From assembly GCA_002633005.1 (NCBI GenBank), contig NMRA01000078.1, forward strand, positions 739,565 through 803,564: a stretch of 64,000 bases of DNA, in the 5' to 3' direction. Positions 1 through 11,454 of the stretch are shown here, one piece after another. Within the stretch, counting starts at the first letter, position 1; every line of letters begins with the position of its first letter. The stretch is from Phoronis australis (lineage: Eukaryota; Animalia; Phoronida). The position numbers and the translations under genes are program-made. The notes beneath the pieces are model-generated. The model did no database searches. It worked only from the letters and a program-made list of their open reading frames with translations, and was not told the DNA's origin.

Positions 1-205
1 AACTAAAATTGCCACTAGGGGGCACATCGGTAGTCGGATCCGTCCGAAAGTTCGCACATGCCGTCCCATTCATGAATGGAACATATGTGCCAAATTTCAT
101 GAACGTATGTCAAAGGGTTTTGGAGATAGAGCAGCGGACGCCGGACGCCGGACGGACAGAGATGACGGCATAATGCGTCCACATATAAATATGTGGGCGC
201 ATAAT
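1..205 (+). mobile_element. 3' end of a Helentron-associated (HINE/DINE-1-like) non-autonomous element, same family as 5041..6460
   Basis: Shares CCACTAGGGGGCAC, CCAAATTTCA, a GGAC-rich tract and the terminal stem-loop ATGCGTCCACATATAAATATGTGGGCGCAT with 6160..6460. Confidence 0.6.
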
Positions 206-208
206 GAA

Positions 209-960
209 TAAGTACAAGTCGCATGGCACCTTTTGCCGTTTGTGGATCAAAAGGGAAAATCAATAATTTTACAATGGGATCTTGAATTGCGCCCCCGTTA
301 AACACAATCATTCAATCCCTAATCCCCTTCCGTACCTCGTTTCTGCCTGGTTATCTGAAAATGCATATAAACTTAATACTGCCGGGGATCAGGCAACGAC
401 CTCGATACGAATTTTCTAAAATGGGAAAGCGCCAAGGCTCGCTAATGAAGTAAGAAACAATAAGATTTTTGCTTCATTCATTTCATTGTGTCCGAGTTTA
501 CACAAGACATTTTGAATTATACTGCAGGGCGTGACATCCAACTGTTTCATCAACCATAGCCCTGCGCCAAAATGACGATATTGAATGTTGACCAGTCTCA
601 GATTCGTCTGTATTATACATCGTCTGCTACGCCGGCCAATGCCAATCCACTATCACTGATTTATGTTCAGCAAGACGATATCAACAGAAGTTTCATTACA
701 CGAATTAGTTTATTACGTCTACAAAGTTCAAATATTTTTGTTCTATGTTCGTCACTTTGTGGATAATTGAATTTTAACACTGTTTTTATGTACTCTAGAT
801 CAGAGTCTAGTGCGACAGAGATCACACTATGCCAGACACTTCATTGCCAATTTGTTTTGCGAAGTGTCCTTTACCCAGCTACTTCCACTACAAGATGCTC
901 AGGTTAAGGTCACGTCTATGATGAGCAAACTGCACCCAATTACCGATAAATCTAATTTTC
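209..960 (+). repeat. Dispersed ~750-bp repeat, copy 1 (unclassified)
   Basis: Colinear, clearly similar to 16059..16790 (AGTACAAGTC..GGCACC, GGCAACGACCTCGAT, CATAGCCCTGCGCCAAAATGAC, CTTCCACTACAAGATGCTC, TGCACCCAATTA). Confidence 0.8.
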
Positions 961-1750
961 AAATTTTGCCTGTAGAAGATCTCCCAACCCCACCCGGGTT
1001 CCGCATCCCCGTCGAGCATTCACCACCACGTTCCTTTCAAAACCCAGGCAATAGAGGGATCCCACTTCTCATATTCGCGTGCGGCAATGGGCTTTGCACC
1101 CCATTTTGGCCATTCACCACCATGCTCCTTTCAAAACCCAGGGGAAACACTATTAATGAGCATAGCATCTTTAAATTAGCTTGCTTGCTGCCACCACTGA
1201 GATTGCGAGTTCAAATCCGTGTCGCTTCAAAAGTGCCAAAAATGGTGCTACAAAATTTAAGCTGGTGAGGGTTCCCAGACAAGTGCTTTGTAGTGACCTG
1301 TGAGTAATCGAGAGAAACAAATAAGCACAAGAGAATCAAACACATGTCCTTAAAGTTAGTGTTGATAAACTAAGTACAACACGTTGTGAAAGAGGGACTT
1401 CGGGGATTAAAACTAAACATGCTATTAACGAAAGTTTGCAGAAGCTTGTCTATCAAAAAGCGAAAAAGTTAAATCCAACATCAGTCTTGACTGTCTTGTT
1501 AAGCAACTCTATCCTTGACATCATCAATTTAATGTATTTCGACCGTCCCAAGTAGGTGAATTGACTATTCCAGAAACAGTACTGGGATAATGGAGGCCAA
1601 TTCCTCTTAATTATTTGGTGCTTGTTTTACACTGAATCTTGAACTGGGGTTTGCCAGATTATAAATCTACAATGTGATGTCACATATTAAACATATGGTG
1701 GTGTTGGTTGATGGTTTAATACTACCAGTATAGGAAACCACTTGGAGACT

Positions 1751-2190
1751 CATGATGGCATTACGTGGCCAACTACATATCATCAGTGCATGTATTGACA
1801 CCACCCCGAGCTTCATGATGGCATAATGTGGTTGACTTCACAGCATCAGTACATGTATCGACTCCACCCTGAACCTCGTGATGGCATAATGTGGTTGACT
1901 TCACACCATCAGTGCATGTATTGCCACCATCCTGAACCTCATGATGGCATAATGTGGTTGACTTCACAGCATCAGTACACGTATCGACACCACCCTGAAC
2001 CTCATGATGGCATAATGTGGTTGACTTCACAGCAACAGTACATGTATTGACACCACCATGAGCCTCATGATGGCATAATGTGGTTGACTTCATACCATTA
2101 GTACATGTATTGACACCACCCTGAACCTCATGATGCCATAATGTGGTTGACTTCATACCATCAGTACATGTATTGACACCACCCTGAGCC
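1751..2190. repeat. 63-bp minisatellite, ~7 copies
   Basis: Unit CATGATGGCATAATGTGGTTGACTTCACAGCATCAGTACATGTATTGACACCACCCTGAACCT recurs at 1751, 1814, 1877, 1940 etc. Confidence 0.95.
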
Positions 2191-2286
2191 TCAAGGTGGG
2201 AGTAGCTGGCTGACTTCACACTCACAGTACACCTGATCTTCACTTCAGCCTGTACCCCTAAGATGAGCATGCTGTGTTTCCCTTAC

Positions 2287-2397
2287 CTATATCCCTCTCA
2301 CTCCGCTCAAGTATCTTCCTTGATAATGCACCCCTGAAGACCCTCCGTAAAAGTCCATCTTCTGATTCACTTCCTACAACTGCATTATTCAAGACAC
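2287..2397 (-). CDS. Internal coding exon (phase 1-1, 111 nt) of a secreted/membrane protein: end of signal peptide plus propeptide, (G)VLNNAVVGSESEDGLLRRVFRGALSRKILERSERDI
   Basis: Minus strand: branch-like CTAAT and TTGTTGTAG acceptor, open frame, AG|GTAAGG donor. Phase matches the exon at 37268..37316 and completes a plausible signal peptide (..NAVVG|SESED), followed by an R-x-x-R site. Confidence 0.65.
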
Positions 2398-5040
2398 CTA
2401 CAACAAATTAGATCGATTTACATCATGATATACACACGAAAATGAAATTCAAGAACACAGTTGCCTTTTACCCCACTGGCAGTAAGATGACTAGAATCTC
2501 GCATTTTTGGAAGTCCTGTGTTTTATAAAATGTGCCCAGGGGGCGCAATATGCCTTTATATTTTTATGCGGTAATGGCACAAAAGCGCACCCCAAGAATA
2601 TCCCTGCATCTATGCTGAAAACTGAAAATTTGAGGGGCTGAAAAACAATACAGGCCAACCGTATAGGGACAAATTGATCCCAAAAAGTAATGACAGTACA
2701 CCATGGCCATAGTCAGAGCTTTCACTCTTGATCTAAAGTAAAAGCGGAATTACAAGGAAATTTACCAGTAAAAATTCTTCAGTTAGTTGCACAATATCAC
2801 AGGCACATTTCATTTCATTAAATTTCTCATCAAAAATATTTTTTTCAGTAAAAATTTACTTTGCTTTTAGCATGGTGTGTATGGTGTATTCGTTACCAAA
2901 CAACATTTGGTAAAATTTAGAGCGTTAGCAAATGTCCTCTGAATTCGGCCACCTAAGCGATTCCGTATTAAGAATTTTCACGCCATAATAGTCATTACAG
3001 GTCACCTTTGCTGATAACAGAATTAGCCACTATGGCGGCAAAACTGTATTTTGTTTGATTTAACTTAAGTCATGTACTGTAATCTCATTTTGAACTATGA
3101 CAAAAATAATAACTGTACGTAATGTTTAATATTTGACCACACATCAGGCCTTTATGCAGCATATGTCCCGGGTGTCCAAATGGACGCCCTAGCACTAATA
3201 TGGACGTCCTTGCCAGGGCGCCCAATGCATCACTTGGACCCCACTATTAACAGGAACCTTTCAAGTTTGGACACACACACAAATTGTAATGATTACTGTG
3301 AAGCCTATGAAGAGTCATAATGGTGGCTCTTTTTTCAAAGCAGGAAGAAATATAAAGTAAATACTTTGTATATACAATGTTGCTATGCTCACACTTGGTT
3401 GATAGCATTGTAAGTCTTGGTCTGCACAGTTTTTTAGTAAAAATGCTCACTACAGAAGGCTGTTTTGAAAACTTAAATGTAAAAACCTTGGTCTATGCAT
3501 TTTTTGTAAAAAAATCTGTGTGTTTGGGGGGATTGCTGGGGGTGGGGGGTTACGCGTCGTAATCGTGGACGCCCTGGAATTAATCGGGAATCCCATTGTG
3601 GACACCCTATTTTCGACATCCTGGATAAAGGCCTGCGACACAACATAATGCTTAGTTAATTGTAGAACCAGTACACATACATCTTATCAAAATCAAAATT
3701 TACCAACAAAAATAAATATCAGGAAAATTGTACATTGCTTGTTTGAATGGAATTACTGTCATAGGGCAACACTAAAGTAAACATCTTTCATTATTGCATA
3801 CTTCAGCAAGGTATTCTCAGACTCTGGCTAATAGACCTAGGGGTTCTACCAGAGATGAGGAATACAGGGTATGCTTCTCAGAAGAGCGACTTTTTCACCA
3901 CCTGTTTCTATACAAAGGCTGGCTTTTTAAAAACAATCTTGTAACTCCTGTCAGAAATAGTCCAGTACACTCCTTGCTTATGGATAATTGACAATGACAA
4001 CAGTATGAATGGGGTGAAACAATTGAAGTATTTCACTACATTCTGCTTTAGGCCAGCCAGCAAGCACTGTGAACCACATCCCATCTGACAGGTGTCGACT
4101 TAACACAAGTGTTTATTCAGAAAACAATATCAAATGCACAATTAACAACTGGTATTATTGTAAGCCTGTGGCCCAACCAAGATTCAACATGGATGCCTTA
4201 TGTTCCCTTGTGGATGACATGAAGTTCACAGCTGGGTCATCACCATCGACAACAGTTTTAGGGATCAGACTACTGACGCCAGGCTGCTCTGAAAAATGCT
4301 GCGACTAGTACATAGAGACCCCCCCCCCCTGGCTTTCTCAAAAAAGAAAAATTGTCAGAATTCATCGAATCGGACTTCTCTCAAGGAGCTAGACATTTCA
4401 TTAGTCCATATTTCATAAGATGTGCAAAAATGATTTTAATTATCAACTTACATATATTGTGGCCACAAATCAATCAACGATCATTTTGTAGTAGACGTGT
4501 TCAGGTGGTTATTCAATCTCTCTCAAGGTGGCACTGTTCACTTTCTGGTTTTCAGAAACAGCAGATAGGGCGTGTATCGTACTTACGCAGAAAATGTAAG
4601 GCAATTCCCAAATCATTTTTATGTTTTGATCACTTTGAAAAAGTAAAACGGAATTTGATAAGTTATAATTTGGAACTTTACACAGGATCTTGTGAATTTC
4701 CACCCCCACTGCAGTACAATTATTAGAAAACTTCCACTGATAAGCGACCCTTGCTTGCATACCAAACCAAGTTCAGTCGGTGAGACCACTGGATATGACA
4801 CACAGCATGAAACAGAAAATGAATGTCCCACCACTATATATGTAGCATTGGAGCTCCGAGCATTATGTAAAATACATATATTTCACTGACGGTTCCAGAA
4901 ACATATTTGCGAAATGTATTATTAAGGGGAAATCAAAAATTGGTTGGACTTCACAAACAGTCGGCTGGACTGCAAATTCAAATGGCCAATGACGAAACGT
5001 GTTGTCCGGACTTCAAAACACGATGGCCTCACCAAAAAAA

Positions 5041-6460
5041 AACAAGACCGACGCTGAGCGTTGAAATGCGCCCACAAATGCATCCCAAATGGTGTGCTTT
5101 TAGGATTGTTTATTTGTATCATCAAAATGGCCACTAGATGGCGCAAAATACACCAAATCCGTTTGAAAACCAGAAAATGTCATCGTTTCTTTAAAAGAAA
5201 GCCACTTACCAAATTTCATTAAAATTCGTCAAGGAACTTCAGAGAAACAGAGGAAAACGAAAAAAAAAAGAAATTGCCACTAGGGGACAGTGTTGCTCGG
5301 ATCCGTAAAAAGCCGTCGTCTTCTCTTGTTAACTTCATATAAATACACGTGATAAATTTAATAAAGATTCTGCAGAGGGCTTAGGAGATACAGGTATGGG
5401 TGCAAAAAACGCCACTAGGAGGCGCCACGTTATCGAAGTCATCGGAAAATCATCGTCAACTGTCCCATTCATAACAACGAACATCCGTGCCAACTTTCAC
5501 AATCATCCTTAAAGTGGTTTTGTTGACAGAGGGACGGACGCCAAAAAAACAGACTCGAAAACAACAAAAATGGCCACTAGTTGGCGCAAACTAGGTCTAA
5601 TCCATCTGAAAACGGGAGGAAAGCGTCATCTCACTAATAAATGTCTATGTGTCAAATTTTGTAGAAATCCGTTGAGGACCTTTGAAGATACAGAGGTACA
5701 CGTAAAAAACTAAAATTGTCACTAGGGGGCACACCGGTACACCGATCTGTCCGAAAGTTGTCGCCGTCCGTTGTCAACTTCATATAAATAAATTAGCTAA
5801 ATTTAATAAAGATCCTGTAAAACATTTAGGAGATATAGCCATGGGCGCAAAAACAAACAAAACTGCCGCTAGGAGGCGCCACAGTAGTCGAAGTCGTCAG
5901 AAAATCATCGTCAATTGTCTTCATCATAGTACAAACAAACATGCCAATTTTCACAATCATCCTTAGAGTGGTTTGGTTGTTAGAGGGGCGGACGGCAAAA
6001 AACAGACTCGAAAATAGTAAAAATGGCCACTAGATGGCGCAAAGTGTCTCAAATACATCCGAAAACAGGAGGATAGCGTCAACTCGTTAAGATGCCTATG
6101 TGCCAAAATTTCATGAAAATCAGTAGAGGATGTTTGAAGATAGAGGCGAACGTAAAAAACTAAAATTGCCACTAGGGGGCACAGCAGTATTCGGGAGCCG
6201 TATTTGGGAGCGGTATTCGGGAGTGGTATTCGGGAGCGGTATTCGGGAGCGGTATTCGGGAGCGGTATTCGGGAGCGGTATTCGGGAGCGGTATTCAGGT
6301 CCGTCCGAAACTCGTCGCACTCTGTCGTCAACCCCATAGGAACACACCTGCCAAATTTCAATAAGATCCTGCAAGGGGAGATATACAGCCGCGGACACCG
6401 GACGCCCAGACTGAGATGACGGCAATATGCGACCACATATAAATATGTGGGCGCATAAAA
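5041..6460 (+). mobile_element. Helentron-associated (HINE/DINE-1-like) non-autonomous element with internal ~150-bp subrepeats
   Basis: Subterminal inverted repeat ATGCGCCCACA (5066..5076) / TGTGGGCGCAT (6446..6456), 3' stem-loop CCACATA-TAAA-TATGTGG, A-rich flanks, internal tandem subunits. Family assignment is inferred from structure. Confidence 0.65.
6186..6298. repeat. 13-bp minisatellite (GGTATTCGGGAGC)n, ~9 copies, inside the element above
   Basis: Directly visible. Confidence 0.95.
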
Positions 6461-7536
6461 ACTAGTTAGCTAGACCCAAAACCCGATCACCGGTGCTATA
6501 ACCAGTTGGCCGGTGATTAAACAAAATGGGGACTTGCTATGAATGTCTCAAAGTATTCAAGAGACACCTAGTGTTTATTTTTCATACCAGTCCATTTTAC
6601 TCAAAATAGGCGATTTGTTTAGGTCTGGCCAACAAATTTTTTGGGGTACCGCCATCTGGTTTTGAGGAGCCTGCCAACCTGTCTCAAGGTCCGACCACCA
6701 AGTTAGAACACCAGCCATTGCGTTTTGCTGTCCAGCCAGCTGGTTTTGAAGGGCAGGCAAGTGGTTATGAAGTCCAACCAATTGTTGATTCTCCCTAAAA
6801 ATTGCCAAAATAACTTTAGTCTTTTTCAATAGCTTCTAACACTATTGTGAATGATCACAATTTTTCAAAATACGATGCATTAGTAGCTTCAGTACAGAAC
6901 TTGAAAATGCCACTGCACCAGTATTTTTGCCACCATTTATCGGTTATAAAAAAATATGAAAGGAAAAATGCATCTATCCATCACGCTGTGCCCTCCTAAG
7001 TAAGTGATTTTACAGCAAGGATAATTTAGAGACTTAAACACATCCCAAGCATATACGCTTTTCTTCAGTAGAAGCACATTTTATATTAGGGTTAACACAC
7101 CTTCTCTGAAAAAATTCTTCCAGTGTTTATTTCCAGACAATCCCACACTAAATCAGACCACCTCACCCCAGTTAGTAGAGAACAGTTTCACTTCCTATTA
7201 CGCAGGACCGAACCTAAAAAACTCTCCAACAATAAAAAACAGCATAAAAAATGTTGTTATGACAACTCTAGGAATGGCTACCTAAAGTGCATGAATTTCA
7301 TAATAGGCCGAGAGCATAATTCTGGCATAAAAATTTACTTCCTGAACAAGAAGAGACAAAAGCTGATTTAATTAGAAGCTGAAAGGAGTTCTAAAATATT
7401 ATGGAGCACCCTAAAATGTTTGAACTATCAGGTCAAATGCCGAACTTGTACACTATGGTGAATTGGGCTGTACACCAGAGCGGTACATTCCTTTCAGTAG
7501 CCTTGTAACATAGTCCCAAGGTGCAATAGGCATTTA

Positions 7537-8880
7537 CCGTATTCGTCCTAATAAGCGCCCATGCCCCTAAAAATGCCCCCACACGTTTTCAGACTTCGCT
7601 AAAAAAAGTGCCCAGTTCATGAACTTGTACATGCGAAAAATGCCTTACCTACAGTTCTAAAATTCTACTATAACGAATTCCAATTTATCAATAAGATCCG
7701 AATGTCCTGAAAAAATCATTGTGCGCGGAACTTATAGACCATGAACCTTGCCGCTTTGTCGCTATTTAGCCGTGACTACACACTTCAAACTTTCACCATA
7801 CTTCAAAAACGATGGTTAAGTTTTTCTGATCTTGCGTGTAACATGCCCCACCACGGTCAGGCCTTTCAGAACAGACGCAGCGTACTGGTCAACGGGATTG
7901 TATTGAATCTTTCCCATACAGATTTTTCCCCCTCAACAGGAAACCAAATTTATATGCACATGAAGACTACAAAAATTTGACCGTTGTTAAAAGCACGTGG
8001 CCAAGAAGCATGCACTACATACATGCACCTGTCATCGAATTTAATAGTCTACGGAAACTATCAATTCATGAAACCAGGGTAGAATAGCATCGGCAAGAAA
8101 TAAATATTGGTACTAATTTCCGTAAGTTTCTAATACCATAAAAAACTTTTGTGTTATTTTGAAGAATATTTATTTTAATAAATCACAACTGCTATTTTTA
8201 AAGCCAAAATGACCCAGCGATAGCGAACACTTTCGCACCCGAAAATAATTGTTAGACTGTCACACATCCAGTCACTCAGTGACTCAATGACATTTGATAT
8301 CGGCCTTACCGAGCAGATGAGACCAGCAAGTGCTAAATAAAACATGTTCTGCTTTAATACTTTTGTTAATTTCTTTAGATAAAATGCACATCGTTTACCC
8401 AGACAAATGAACTCTATGACAAGCACGCGCTCGCTCAAAACATGCAGACAAACTAACGTCACGTGACAACAACATGCATAATCATCCACAGATTTTTCTC
8501 GTATTGCGGAGTACACTCTAGTGCAGATTTGGACTTACCGGTAATCTGCAGTTAATCCCAATTCCGCAAAAATCACAGGGACGCTATTTTGAAAACTCAA
8601 GGACTTCAGATAATTTGTTGAATCGAAACTGTATTTTTATTCAGCCAGGCTGCAACGCATCAGTCGACAAGTTTTCACCCTGGGATTTCAGCACAATTTT
8701 CAGAAAAATGATCATAATTTAACAACGAAGTTTGATAGAAATGCACAAAAATTTTGAAGAAAGTCTATTATACAGATACGTCACAGAGCGTAAATTTTGA
8801 TGAATCCTAGCTTACGATTTCATCCGTTTCAAAGACCGGGTTTCAGCCATCTTAGGCTACAATAAGCGTCTACCTCCTTG
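7537..8880 (+). mobile_element. Non-autonomous Tc1/mariner-pogo-like DNA transposon, copy 1 (right TIR decayed)
   Basis: Begins TA|CCGTATTCGTCCTAATAAGCGCCC; body colinear with 10270..11454. Confidence 0.65.
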
Positions 8881-9090
8881 AAACAAATATGGTAGTTGAA
8901 AGGGGAAAGTATTTATTCTAAGAGAAACAGTTTTTCTTCTTCAGCATTCCCATGATGGGTGAGATGTATGCATGTCTGGTTCTCTTCTGCAGGGTAGGTG
9001 GTACAGGTACAGTAGGTCTGCCCACTGTCTAGCCGACATGTTCCGTCTTCGTCCTCTTCATGGCAGCACATGGTTATATCATTGGAGTGG

Positions 9091-9390
9091 CCTTCTCCTA
9101 GACTGGTTGTCTTCCATGGCTGATGAGCCCAGTCTGCCCAGGTTTTAATGTGAGAGTTGTCCTTCTCGTAGGTGACAGGAGCAATGTTTTTACAGGGTAA
9201 GGGAGTTGTTCTTACGCCCAACCCTAGCGTGACCCCAGGGAGTGTTTGGGGTGAATTTCGTCTGAACTCCACCTTTCGACCTGCCCGGCATGGGTAGCCC
9301 TGCCAGGAGTTTTAAACTCCCGCCGGGAAAGCTCTAGAGGTCACGGAGATACGCAAGCTGTTCCGCCACGACAAGGCATACACCCCAGTA
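9091..9390 (-). mobile_element. 5'-leader fragment of an RTE-clade non-LTR retrotransposon or RTE-derived SINE; structured RNA
   Basis: Minus strand reads GCCTTGTCGTGG..GCTTGCGT..GAGCT..GCAGGGCTACCCATGCC..AGGTC..CAGACGAA, then GGGTTGGGCG..CCCTGTAAAAA, then AGACTGG..CAACCAGTCTAGGAGAAGG. These blocks resemble RTE/BovB-type 5' UTRs as I recall them. Nested stems are visible; no ORF follows. Confidence 0.6.
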
Positions 9391-10025
9391 AAAAGTGAGA
9401 TTACTACAGTATTCACTTCAAGTGGGGCAAAGGGCAAACTGCAGCAGTACAACATGATGTACTCTCTATTTAATAGTCCGACTGTGCTGTGCTGTGTTTG
9501 AAGAGGCTCAGGTTTGCTCCGCGAAAGTGGATGAAAGAACAGGAGCAAAACCTGGTGACAAAACTGATACCCAGTGACGACTGGCATGTCAAATTGTGGA
9601 ATAAGTATTGTAGTGCAGGGCTCGACATAACGAGCTGCAGGTCGCATTTGCCACCTGAAATTTGGAAATGCGAGCTGAGATTTTTGTCAGCTCGTATAAA
9701 GTCGCAAAATGCGACCTGGAATTTCCAACGAATGCGAGCTGAGTTTTTACACTTCTCAACAGATACCCGGCAAATACGAATCAGGTCTTGTTAATCCGAC
9801 TGTTATTTGGTTGTTGCCAAATAGAAGTTCAAAAGAACACTAACCGAGAACTGCCCTCCCGATGACTTGTAAGCATGTCGCGTGAACATGGGATATACAG
9901 AATCGATCTTTGACGCGTTTCATTGGCTAACACTTTCGGCCACTTTTGTAAATTCCCGGATTCGCGGAAGAAAGTTTCGGGCCACTGCTTAACACGTGAT
10001 AAAACTTCACAAAACAACGGTGTTT

Positions 10026-10224
10026 NNNNNNNNNNNNNNNNNNNNNNNNNNNNNNNNNNNNNNNNNNNNNNNNNNNNNNNNNNNNNNNNNNNNNNNNNNN
10101 NNNNNNNNNNNNNNNNNNNNNNNNNNNNNNNNNNNNNNNNNNNNNNNNNNNNNNNNNNNNNNNNNNNNNNNNNNNNNNNNNNNNNNNNNNNNNNNNNNNN
10201 NNNNNNNNNNNNNNNNNNNNNNNN
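10026..10224. other. Assembly gap
   Basis: Run of N. Confidence 1.
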
Positions 10225-10269
10225 AAAAAAATTTTGCACGGGTCTTCTAGACCACCAGCGGCACTGCTA

Positions 10270-11454
10270 CGTTTGTATTTAGCCGTGACAAAGTAACGCA
10301 GCGCTTCAAAAAGAACGCAACAGGGTTGCTACGCTCTCGCGACGACCGTGTCCCATGGTCTGACCTTTCAGTAGACACATCGACTGTCTCATGAATAAAA
10401 ATAACTCGGTGTTAAACGCACGTGGCCAGGAAGCGCGCGCTACATAACCTGTCATCAAAGACATTAGTTGGCGGGAACTATCCATTCATGAAGCGGCAAG
10501 CATAGCATCGATAAGAAACGAATATTGGAACTAATTTCCGACAATTTCTAATACTATAAACATGTTTGCGTTATTTTTGAGATGGATTGTTTGATTAACC
10601 ATAATTGGTGTTATTAAGCCGAATATCCGATAAAATGACAACTGACAGTGAATGGTTACACACCCTTACACCGAAAAATAAGTGTCAGATAGTTACGTAC
10701 GCATTCAGCTACACGGCGACTAATATGGGCCTTGCCGAGACAAATGTCTAAAGTTTTTAGCACGAGACCGGCAAGTGGTGAATGAAACACGCTCTGGTTT
10801 AGGCCTACTGCTTGTGTAAATTTCTTTAGACGCATTTAGCTAGTTAGATTGCGTGGCTCTGGCCGAAAGACAGTCTCTGCTTTGGCAAATGAACTCTGGT
10901 GACACGCACGCGCTCGCTTACTCGCCGACGAACTTCAAAACAAACGTCACGTGACAACAACATGTGTGTTCGTCCAGGCATTTTTCTCGCCGTGTTGCCG
11001 CTCATACTTGTAGATGGCACGTTGCACAGATTTATACTTAAACCTGCCGTTAATCCAGACTCCACGGGAACTTAAAAACCTTAGAGACGCTACTTATAAA
11101 ACTTAATGAGGATTTCAGGTAATTATCGAAACCATTTTTATTCAAGCATTGAAGTCGCCATATCGAAGACGGCGATTTCGAAGTAGTCAGTTGGCGAGTT
11201 TTCGCCCTGGGATTTCAGCACAATTTTCTGTAAAATGATCGTAATTTAGCAGCAAAGTTTGACAGCAATGCACCACAGTTTTGTTGAAAGTCTTTCATAG
11301 GTTACATATACGTCACAGAGCGCAAATTTGATGAATCTTAGCTTCCGATTTCACCCGTTTCGGAGACCGGGTTTCAACCGCCTTGGGTTATAATAAGCGC
11401 CCCCCTGAACCGAACTTTTCTAAGCGCCCTGGGCGGTTATTACGGCGAATACGG
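10270..11454 (+). mobile_element. Non-autonomous Tc1/mariner-pogo-like DNA transposon, copy 2 (left end lost at the gap)
   Basis: Ends GGGCGGTTATTACGGCGAATACGG|TA, the reverse complement of the TIR at 7537; body similar to 7760..8880. Confidence 0.65.

Noticed and set aside
1773-2270. 165-aa ORF with 21-aa Cys/His repeats (TTLCHHEVQGGVNTCT) resembling a metal-binding repeat protein
   Set aside because: It is the translation of a 63-bp minisatellite that is also open on the other strand. It lies just past the GTAAGG donor at 2286, so it is intronic, and it is out of frame with the upstream exon.
5963-6436. Several overlapping ORFs with RSRIPLPNTAPEY / GSGIRERYSGAVF repeats
   Set aside because: Products of the 13-bp minisatellite inside a transposon.
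9120-9140. CTGATGAG hammerhead-like core on +
   Set aside because: No stem II followed by GAAA; it is the antisense of the RTE-like hairpin.
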